Positions 8,675-19,022 of a DNA stretch of 24,000 nt are shown piece after piece (the stretch's first letter is position 1; each line of letters begins with the position of its first letter). The notes below the pieces were generated by a model, which saw only the letters and a list, made by a program, of their open reading frames with translations, did no database searches and was not told the DNA's origin. Made by a program: the position numbers and the translations under genes. Source of the stretch: Methanocaldococcus vulcanius M7 (GTDB lineage: Archaea; AGJL01; Methanococci; Methanococcales; Methanocaldococcaceae); contig NC_013407.1 of the NCBI RefSeq assembly GCF_000024625.1, positions 1,559,928 to 1,583,927 on the forward strand, written 5' to 3'.

Positions 8675-9637
8675 TTATCTTGATAATGCCAAAATAACCT
8701 CCAAAAGGATCAAAGCAACAATAGAACCCTCTAAAATAAATCCATAAAACTCAGTTAAAAACTGTCTAACCATCATATATATCTCACTGATCATTTCCAT
8801 CTTCTTTTCAACCCTCTTAATCCACTCAGAAACATAAAAAATCTCACACAAACGCTCATACAACTCAGCATAATATCTATCTCCATACAACATAAGAACA
8901 TTCTCAATACTATCAAAATACGAAATATAACTTATTCTCTGTAAATACAAATCCTTAGAAAGCTTTTTTAACTTAAAATAACCCAATTTTTCCCAATGTA
9001 ATTTAGTAAGATACTGAATTGCCTCACTCAACATAACATCAAAAACCCTCAAATTCAAAACCCTAATACACGCAAGCTCAATAATATCCACTTCCTCCCA
9101 AAAATCTTCATTTTTATCCAAAATAATACCATTATCCCAATCCAAAATTATTAAATCCTTAGTAGAATACTTAATCTTCCCCTCCAACACCTCGTCAAAA
9201 TACTCCTCAGGAACATCCTCATACTGATCCCTTAACAACTTAGCCAAAACATCCTTATTTTCCCTAATAAACAACTCAGGATCAGAATAATCACTAAAAC
9301 AGTATAAAGTATAACTCTCTAAAAACCGATCTGCCTCATACTCCTTAAGATACTTTAAAGCATCTTCAAATAAACTCTCCTTAATTTCAAACAACTCAAC
9401 AACCGACTTATCCTTAAAATCTCTAACGATCTCTACAATAATATTCCTCTCATAAACCTTTATATCAACTTCCTTATTCTCCTCAGTGATCCTCTCAATC
9501 AACGAATACGTCGGTAAAAACTCTTCATAACTACAAATACGCTTCACTCTTGGCCTCATCATTTGTTCAGAATAAATACTTTCTTTTAAATAACCAACAA
9601 CAATTTGAACAATTTTGCCACTTAAAGCACCACTCAT
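8675..9637 (-). CDS. Conserved hypothetical protein with a C-terminal TM helix, possibly RMD1/YagE (DUF155) family
   Basis: 320-aa ORF with GGGGGAAG before its ATG. The C-terminus ...FYGFILEGSIVALILLEVILAL resembles the LEwiIIiLIaiE tail of DUF155 proteins, recalled from memory and not verified. Confidence 0.4.
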   Translation of the reverse strand: MSGALSGKIVQIVVGYLKESIYSEQMMRPRVKRICSYEEFLPTYSLIERITEENKEVDIKVYERNIIVEIVRDFKDKSVVELFEIKESLFEDALKYLKEYEADRFLESYTLYCFSDYSDPELFIRENKDVLAKLLRDQYEDVPEEYFDEVLEGKIKYSTKDLIILDWDNGIILDKNEDFWEEVDIIELACIRVLNLRVFDVMLSEAIQYLTKLHWEKLGYFKLKKLSKDLYLQRISYISYFDSIENVLMLYGDRYYAELYERLCEIFYVSEWIKRVEKKMEMISEIYMMVRQFLTEFYGFILEGSIVALILLEVILALSR

Positions 9638-9675
9638 CTTCCCCCAAATTTAAACTTTCAGAACGAACGATAATT

Positions 9676-9703
9676 AAAACAAAATAAAAATAAAAAAATA
9701 AAA
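9676..9703 (-). terminator. Oligo-T tract downstream of RNase P RNA
   Basis: The minus strand reads TTTTATTTTTTTATTTTTATTTTGTTTT immediately 3' of the RNA; archaeal termination occurs at T-runs. Confidence 0.5.
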
Positions 9704-9706
9704 TAT

Positions 9707-9972
9707 GGCGGTATGGGGGCTATAGCCCGCCTTCTGTAATTTCGGTGGCATTCGGCTAAGCACCATCCGGCTTGCACCCCCGGCAGAGGAGACGCCCGTT
9801 TCACCGACTCTTCGGGAGTCCTCAACCTTTACAAGGTATCATCGTCATCTCTCCCGAAGCCGTGTCGTTTCTGTTGCGTCTCCCGCCCCTTCTCAGGGGA
9901 CACTGCCGATAAACGGGGTGGGCGGAACTTCCTCCCCTTAAAAAGGGGACAGCCACCAGCCCCCTTACCGCC
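9707..9972 (-). ncRNA. rnpB: RNase P RNA (archaeal, type-M-like)
   Basis: 266-nt GC-rich island. The minus strand reads GGCGGTAAGGGGGCT...GGGGAGGAAGTTCCGCCCACC (CR-I-like)...GGTGAAACGGG...GTGCAAGCCGG...ACAGAAGGCGGGCTATAGCCCCCATACCGCC (CR-V-like). The termini pair as P1. Confidence 0.85.
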
Positions 9973-9989
9973 AATTAAATTAAATCTTT

Positions 9990-9999
9990 GGATATATTT
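9990..9999 (-). promoter_or_regulatory. Candidate TATA box (AAATATATCC) for RNase P RNA
   Basis: 19 nt separate the box from the RNase P RNA 5' end, which places it at about -20 to -27. Confidence 0.45.
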
Positions 10000-10000
10000 G

Positions 10001-10013
10001 AAAATAATAAAAA
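10001..10013 (-). terminator. Oligo-T tract (TTTTTATTATTTT) immediately 3' of 5S rRNA
   Basis: Read on the minus strand directly after the 5S 3' end. Confidence 0.5.
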
Positions 10014-10134
10014 GTGGCCGGCGGCGTCGCCCCTTTCCCGCCAGAAGGCAGTACTCGGGGCATCGCTGGGGGACTTAACTTCCGAGTTCGGGATGGGTTC
10101 GGGTGTAGCCCCCCCGCTATGACCGCCGTGCCAA
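10014..10134 (-). rRNA. rrf: 5S rRNA
   Basis: The minus strand contains CCCGAACCCATCCCGAACTCGGAAGTTAAG and complementary termini. Ends are approximate to a few nt. Confidence 0.92.
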
Positions 10135-10146
10135 AGAATAAATAGT

Positions 10147-10174
10147 GGCCATGCATAGGCCTCCGCATCCGCTT

Positions 10175-10180
<6 letters not shown>
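10147..10180 (-). other. 3' half of the 23S processing stem, including a bulge-helix-bulge core
   Basis: 10147-10170 is the perfect 24-nt complement of 13211-13234. Core CACU (10175-10178) pairs with GGUG (13206-13209), flanked by the AAG bulge (10172-10174). Confidence 0.8.
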
Positions 10181-13200
<3,020 letters not shown>

Positions 13201-13203
<3 letters not shown>

Positions 13204-13234
13204 TTCACCGGGATGCGGAGGCCTATGCATGGCC
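13201..13234 (-). other. 5' half of the 23S processing stem, including the BHB core GGUGAAA
   Basis: See the partner at 10147-10180. AAA bulge at 13203-13205. Confidence 0.8.
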
Positions 13235-13296
13235 CTCATCATTAGTCAGGCCCTTCACCTGCAACTCTTTGGAGTTGCAGGCTGCACGTGTTTTAG

Positions 13297-13369
13297 TGGA
13301 CCCGGTGGGATTTGAACCCACGGCCTCCGGCTTGCAAGGCCGGCGCTCTCCCAGCTGAGCTACGGGCCC
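13297..13369 (-). tRNA. tRNA-Ala (UGC) in the 16S-23S spacer
   Basis: GGGCCCGTAGCTCAGCTGGGAGAGCGCCGGCCTTGCAAGCCGGAGGCCGTGGGTTCAAATCCCACCGGGTCCA. Anticodon loop CUUGCAA. G3:U70 alanine identity pair present. CCA not encoded. Confidence 0.97.
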
Positions 13370-13383
13370 ACTTTGGCCTATGT

Positions 13384-13423
13384 GGCAAGCCCACGACTGG
13401 TTTGGTGCTCCACAGCAACCAGC
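13384..13423 (-). other. 3' half of the 16S processing stem with BHB core CACCAAA
   Basis: 13384-13400 pairs with 14977-14994. 13408-13423 pairs with 14954-14969. Core CACC (13404-13407) pairs with GGUG (14973-14976). Confidence 0.85.
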
Positions 13424-13434
13424 TCTTTTTTCTC

Positions 13435-14909
<1,475 letters not shown>

Positions 14910-14953
14910 TAAGTGGGAGATACGGTCGCAAGAAAGGATAAACCTTTCTTGCG

Positions 14954-14994
14954 GCTGGTTGCTGTGGAGTTTCACCACCAGTCGTGGGCTTGCC
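14954..14994 (-). other. 5' half of the 16S processing stem with BHB core GGUGAAA
   Basis: See the partner at 13384-13423. AAA bulge at 14970-14972. Confidence 0.85.
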
Positions 14995-15177
14995 TTAGTC
15001 CCAATCCTCTCGGATTGGGAACGCACCTTCAAGTGCATCCAATAAGAAGAACTTGTCAACTGAAACGTTTTTAGGAAAAAAACAATAATCAACAAAAAAA
15101 TCAAAACATCTAAAATTATAAATTAACACTGCTAAAATAAATAAGGGGATTTAATCCACTTGTTTAATTTTAGGACA

Positions 15178-15200
15178 CTATATAAAATCGGGGATATAAA
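15178..15200 (-). promoter_or_regulatory. rRNA operon promoter region with two closely spaced TATA-like boxes
   Basis: The minus strand reads CATTTATATCCCCGATTTTATATAGTG: TTTATATCC at 15192-15200 and TTTTATATA at 15179-15187. It lies between the tRNA-His terminator and the 16S leader. I cannot tell which box is used. Confidence 0.5.
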
Positions 15201-15221
15201 TGATTTGGGCTTATTTTAACT

Positions 15222-15234
15222 AAAAAATAAAAAA
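15222..15234 (-). terminator. Oligo-T tract (TTTTTTATTTTTT) right after tRNA-His
   Basis: Read on the minus strand; begins 2 nt after the tRNA-His discriminator base. Confidence 0.5.
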
Positions 15235-15235
15235 G

Positions 15236-15308
15236 GGCCGGGACCGGGAATTGAACCCGGGTCAGGGGATCCACAGTCCCCCAGGATGGCCACTACCCCA
15301 CCCCGGCC
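15236..15308 (-). tRNA. tRNA-His (GUG)
   Basis: G(-1) then GCCGGGGTGGGGTAGTGGCCATCCTGGGGGACTGTGGATCCCCTGACCCGGGTTCAATTCCCGGTCCCGGCC. Anticodon loop CUGUGGA. Genome-encoded G-1 sits opposite C73. Confidence 0.95.
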
Positions 15309-15318
15309 ACGGCATTAA

Positions 15319-15406
15319 TGGTGCAGGGGAGGGGATTTGAACCCCCGAACCCCTTCGGGACTGGGTCCTAGGCCCAGCGCCTTTGGCCAGGCTTGGCGAC
15401 CCCTGC
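15319..15406 (-). tRNA. tRNA-Leu (UAG), class II with a long variable arm, CCA encoded
   Basis: GCAGGGGTCGCCAAGCCTGGCCAAAGGCGCTGGGCCTAGGACCCAGTCCCGAAGGGGTTCGGGGGTTCAAATCCCCTCCCCTGCACCA. Anticodon stem CTGGG/CCCAG, loop CCUAGGA. Confidence 0.9.
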
Positions 15407-15478
15407 ACATTTATTTCCTAACTTAGATCATACTTTGATTATATTAATTCTTTATTTATTACATTAAAAAAGATATGA

Positions 15479-15553
15479 TGCTCCGGCCGGGATTTGAACC
15501 CGGGTCGCGGGCTCGAAAGGCCCGCATGATTGGCCGGACTACACCACCGGAGC
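15479..15553 (-). tRNA. tRNA-Glu (UUC)
   Basis: GCTCCGGTGGTGTAGTCCGGCCAATCATGCGGGCCTTTCGAGCCCGCGACCCGGGTTCAAATCCCGGCCGGAGCA. Anticodon loop CUUUCGA. Confidence 0.95.
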
Positions 15554-15555
15554 AA

Positions 15556-15633
15556 TGGTGGGCCCGAAGGGATTTGAACCCTTGACCACTCGGTTATGAG
15601 CCGAGCGCTCTGACCAGGCTGAGCTACGGGCCC
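15556..15633 (-). tRNA. tRNA with CAU anticodon (elongator Met or Ile2), CCA encoded
   Basis: GGGCCCGTAGCTCAGCCTGGTCAGAGCGCTCGGCTCATAACCGAGTGGTCAAGGGTTCAAATCCCTTCGGGCCCACCA. Anticodon loop CUCAUAA. Not initiator-like, since it lacks the AGCGGG 5' end. Confidence 0.9.
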
Positions 15634-15668
15634 CTATATATGCAATATAATCAAATATAAAAAAATGA

Positions 15669-15744
15669 TGGCGCCCCCAGCAGGACTCGAACCTGCGACC
15701 TACGGATTAACAGTCCGTCGCTCTACCAGCTGAGCTATGGGGGC
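15669..15744 (-). tRNA. tRNA-Asn (GUU), CCA encoded
   Basis: GCCCCCATAGCTCAGCTGGTAGAGCGACGGACTGTTAATCCGTAGGTCGCAGGTTCGAGTCCTGCTGGGGGCGCCA. Anticodon loop CUGUUAA. Confidence 0.95.
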
Positions 15745-15754
15745 TCAAAATTAG

Positions 15755-15828
15755 TGCCGCGGGGGTGATTTGAACACCCGACAACTGGATCTTCAGTCCA
15801 GCGTTCTCCCGGGCTGAACTACCGCGGC
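15755..15828 (-). tRNA. tRNA-Phe (GAA)
   Basis: GCCGCGGTAGTTCAGCCCGGGAGAACGCTGGACTGAAGATCCAGTTGTCGGGTGTTCAAATCACCCCCGCGGCA. Anticodon loop CUGAAGA. Confidence 0.95.
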
Positions 15829-15862
15829 TCAGTGTTTGCATAATTATGCATTATATTTCAGG

Positions 15863-15870
15863 TATATAAA
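15863..15870 (-). promoter_or_regulatory. Candidate TATA box (TTTATATA) for the tRNA-Phe/Asn unit
   Basis: Exact TTTATATA on the minus strand, 35-42 nt upstream of the tRNA-Phe 5' end. Confidence 0.4.
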
Positions 15871-15993
15871 CTTTTCGGTTTAGATCATATTTTATAATTT
15901 AATAATGAATATGTGGAACAAGCATTTATATATCTAAAATTATAAAATAATAATTATAATATAAACTCAACAAATATATAAAAAATAAAAATA

Positions 15994-16944
15994 TTAAAAT
16001 TTGCTGGTTTCTTCCATAATTCTTTTGGCTATGCTCTCTCCATCTAATCCATAGTGTTTTAAAAGTTCATCTGCCTTTCCACTTCTTCCAAATACATCAT
16101 TAATCCCAATTCTTAAAAGTTTTTTATTTAAGCCGTTTGAGGCAATAACCTCAGCAACAGCCCCTCCTAAACCGCCAATAATGCTGTGATCTTCAACTGT
16201 AACAACAAAGTCATTTGCTTTTTTAATAATTTTTTCATCTATTGGTTTTATTGTGGAAATCTCTACAATTTCAGCAGATATTCCATTTTCTTTTAAAATC
16301 TCTCCTGCTTTTAATGCCTCTGGAACTTCTTCTCCTGTTGCTATAATAGTTAAATCCTCTCCTTCAACTAAAATCTTTCCTTTTCCTATTTCAAATGTTG
16401 CTTCTTCTTCATTTTCATAAATTATCTCTGTATCTCTTCTTGGCATTCTTACATAGACGGGACCTTTATACTCTGCTATAACTCTAATAACATTTTTTGT
16501 GTGATAGTAATCAGTTGGAGCGATAACAACCATGTTTGGGATAGCCCTCATTATAGCTATGTCTTCACACATTTGGTGGGAAGCTCCATCCTCTCCTACA
16601 GTGATTCCAGCATGAGTAGCAACAACTTTAACATTCAACTTCGGATATGCAACTAAATTCCTTATTATCTCCCATGCTCTTCCACTTGCAAACATTGCAA
16701 ATGATGAAGCAAAGACAATTTTACCAGTTGTTGCTAATCCAGCAGCCATTCCAATCATGTTCTGCTCTGCAACTCCTGCATTGAAAAATCTATCTGGAAA
16801 TTCTTTGGCAAACATGGCTGTTTGTGTAGATCCAGAGAGATCGGCATCTAATACCACCAAATTCTCATATTTTTTTCCCAACTCTACCAATGTTTCTCCA
16901 TATCCTTTTCTCATTCCTTTATAAACTCCACTCAACTTAACCAT
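15994..16944 (-). CDS. Transketolase, C-terminal (pyrimidine-binding) subunit
   Basis: MRKGYGETLVELG..., DADLSGST, FFNAGVAEQNMIGMAAGLA. GGTGG lies 5 nt before the ATG. 8 nt downstream of the rpe stop. Confidence 0.92.
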   Translation of the reverse strand: MVKLSGVYKGMRKGYGETLVELGKKYENLVVLDADLSGSTQTAMFAKEFPDRFFNAGVAEQNMIGMAAGLATTGKIVFASSFAMFASGRAWEIIRNLVAYPKLNVKVVATHAGITVGEDGASHQMCEDIAIMRAIPNMVVIAPTDYYHTKNVIRVIAEYKGPVYVRMPRRDTEIIYENEEEATFEIGKGKILVEGEDLTIIATGEEVPEALKAGEILKENGISAEIVEISTIKPIDEKIIKKANDFVVTVEDHSIIGGLGGAVAEVIASNGLNKKLLRIGINDVFGRSGKADELLKHYGLDGESIAKRIMEETSKF

Positions 16945-16952
16945 AATTCCAC

Positions 16953-17666
16953 CTATTTTTTACTGTTTAAATTGATCCCTTCATTTAAAAAATTTTCAGG
17001 ATTTTTTATATTTAATGCCTTTAAAGCTGAGTCCCTTAAATTTTTAACTGCTGTTTTAACATCCTCTTTACCAAATATTGCAGATGCTGCAATTAAAACG
17101 TCTGCTCCTGCTTTAACTGCCATTGGAGCTGTTTCGACATTTATTCCTCCATCAACAAAGATCTTTGTATCATATCCATTTTCAACGATCATGCTTTTTA
17201 ACTTTCTAATCTTCTTTGTCATCACTGGAATAAACTTCTGTCCTGAAAATCCGGGCTCAACGGTCATAACTAAAACAGCATAAACCTCATCTAAGATATA
17301 CTCTATCTCATCCAAAGGTGTTGCAGGATTTAAAGCGACTATTGGCTTAGCCCCGATATTTTTTATTTTATTTATAATTCTGAATGGGAATCTAACTGCC
17401 TCTATGTGAAATGTAATATAATCCATCTCCTCAAATTCGTTAATAAATAGATCTACATTTTCAACCATTAAATGGACATCAACAGGCAGATCTGTTAGCT
17501 TTTTAACATGCTTTGCTATCCCAATTCCCATACTTATATTTGGGACAAAGTGCCCATCCATCATATCAACATGAAAGAAATCAACTCCTGCCTCCTCTGC
17601 TCTTTTAATCTCTTCCTTTAAATGCCCAAAATCTGCAGATAGTATTGAAGCTCCAATTTTAATCAT
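16953..17666 (-). CDS. rpe: Ribulose-phosphate 3-epimerase
   Basis: IGASILSADFGHLKEEI, HVDMMDGHFVPNISMG, VMTVEPGFSGQKF, VDGGIN motifs. GGTGAT before the ATG. Confidence 0.93.
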   Translation of the reverse strand: MIKIGASILSADFGHLKEEIKRAEEAGVDFFHVDMMDGHFVPNISMGIGIAKHVKKLTDLPVDVHLMVENVDLFINEFEEMDYITFHIEAVRFPFRIINKIKNIGAKPIVALNPATPLDEIEYILDEVYAVLVMTVEPGFSGQKFIPVMTKKIRKLKSMIVENGYDTKIFVDGGINVETAPMAVKAGADVLIAASAIFGKEDVKTAVKNLRDSALKALNIKNPENFLNEGINLNSKK

Positions 17667-17671
17667 CTAAA

Positions 17672-17764
17672 TCACCAAGCTTTATAATTCATCGGCTTCT
17701 TTTCTCTAACAATTTTAACTGCCACGTTGGGAGAACAATTTGTGTCTAAAACCATCACTTTCAT
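17672..17764 (-). pseudogene. 30-codon remnant resembling a PIN-domain (VapC-like) N-terminus
   Basis: MKVMVLDTNCSPNVAVKIVREKKPMNYKAW*. M-x-V-x-VLDTN is the usual PIN opening with the first catalytic Asp. It starts 7 nt after the stop of the antitoxin-like reading frame. No continuation in any frame before rpe. Confidence 0.35.
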
Positions 17765-17770
17765 AATCTT

Positions 17771-17960
17771 TCAACCATTTCTATGCTTTTTTAACTCCTC
17801 TAAGTCATAATTTAAACGGATGCCTCTTTTTTCAACTCATATAAAAACTCTTTTATGCCGATATTGGCTATTTCTGATACTTTCCCCAAACTTACTTGTT
17901 TTTAAAATATTTTTTATTTCTTCTGGGAAATTAACTAAAACTGCAAATAATCTTATTCAT
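17771..17960 (-). pseudogene. UPF0175-like (antitoxin-like) gene disrupted by three single-base frame changes
   Basis: Reading across one-base corrections at the T4 (17937-17940), G4 (17884-17887) and A6 (17827-17832) runs gives MNKIICSLVNFPEEIKNILKTSKFGKVSEIANIGIKEFLYELKKRGIRLNYDLEELKKHRNG*. The tail GK-S-A---G----EFL-LLKKRGI-L-Y--EEL is the UPF0175 pattern as I recall it. Confidence 0.45.
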
Positions 17961-18780
17961 ATTTTAACTCCTCTAATGCTTGTTTTAACTGCTCTTCATT
18001 TGGAGCCTTTCCATGGAATGCCACATTATTCTCCATGAATGAAACTCCCTTACCTTTAACTGTATAGGTAATGATCATTTTTGGCTTACCATTTTTCATG
18101 CTCTTGGCTTTTTCAACAGTATTTATAATCTCTTCAAAATTATGCCCATCTATTTCAAAAACATCCCATCCAAATGCCTCAAATTTAGCTTTTATATCTC
18201 CCAAACTCATAACATCCTCTGTATGTCCATCTATTTGCAGTTTATTTCTATCAATAAACGCAATTAAGTTATCTAATTTATAGTGGGCTGCTGCCATTGC
18301 CGCTTCCCAAACTATACCTTCTTGACATTCTCCATCTCCCAACAAAACATAAACGTAGTTGTTTAACTTATCTAACCTACATCCCAAGGCAATTCCAACA
18401 CTTGCTGAAAATCCTTGCCCCAATGAGCCAGTGCAGATCTCAACTCCTGGCGTGTCTATTGAAGGATGTCCTTGTAACTTCCCTTCTAATCTTCTCAATT
18501 TCCATAACTCTTCCTCTTCTATAATTCCCAATTCAGACAAGACAGCGTATAATGCAGGAGCTGCATGTCCTTTACTCAAAACAAACCTGTCTCTATCTTT
18601 TTTATATGGATCATCTGGAGAGTAGTTCATTATTTTGAAATATAAAGCCACAATAATATCAGTTGCAGATAAACTTCCACCGGGATGTCCTGATTTTGCT
18701 AAACCAACCATTTTGACAATTTTATACCTTACTTTTTTTGCTATTTTTTCCAAATCCTTAATTTCTAAGTTATTGGTCAT
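17953..18780 (-). CDS. Transketolase, N-terminal (thiamine-diphosphate-binding) subunit
   Basis: [39 protein letters not shown] and IDRN motifs. Confidence 0.93.
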   Translation of the reverse strand: MTNNLEIKDLEKIAKKVRYKIVKMVGLAKSGHPGGSLSATDIIVALYFKIMNYSPDDPYKKDRDRFVLSKGHAAPALYAVLSELGIIEEEELWKLRRLEGKLQGHPSIDTPGVEICTGSLGQGFSASVGIALGCRLDKLNNYVYVLLGDGECQEGIVWEAAMAAAHYKLDNLIAFIDRNKLQIDGHTEDVMSLGDIKAKFEAFGWDVFEIDGHNFEEIINTVEKAKSMKNGKPKMIITYTVKGKGVSFMENNVAFHGKAPNEEQLKQALEELKYE

Positions 18781-19022
18781 AGTTTCACCTCAAAGTGTTA
18801 GTTTTAAAAAATAAGTTCTCCATCTTTTAAGAAATGTTTCTATAAAAAAGAAGATCCTTTTAATTTCTTTATCCCTTTCAAAATTTCTTATGCTAAGATA
18901 CTCATTAGTGATATTTATAACTTTCATAGGTTTTGGTATATAATCACATCTTTATATGTAAATCTATATGTTAAAAATGGAAAGATAAAACGTAAATCAA
19001 AAAATAGACATTATATATTGGT

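Noticed and set aside
15361-15375. tRNA-Leu anticodon loop CCUAGGA read as a CUA (amber suppressor) anticodon
   Set aside because: That register needs a shifted loop whose flanking bases cannot pair. With the only stable stem the anticodon is UAG (Leu).
15837-15850. Perfect 14-nt palindrome TGCATAATTATGCA 9-22 nt upstream of tRNA-Phe
   Set aside because: It is a short AT-rich palindrome in a promoter and leader region, which could arise by chance or be part of the initiator region. Nothing else in the window repeats it.
18790-18927. 45-codon minus-strand ORF (MKVINITNEYLSIRNFERDKEIKRIFFFIETFLKRWRTYFLKLTL*) ending just before the tktN ribosome site
   Set aside because: There is no recognisable motif or ribosome site, and its ATG sits within about 15 nt of the likely tkt promoter TATA elements. 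In AT-rich DNA this is most simply a 5' UTR. A micropeptide is not excluded, but I cannot support it.
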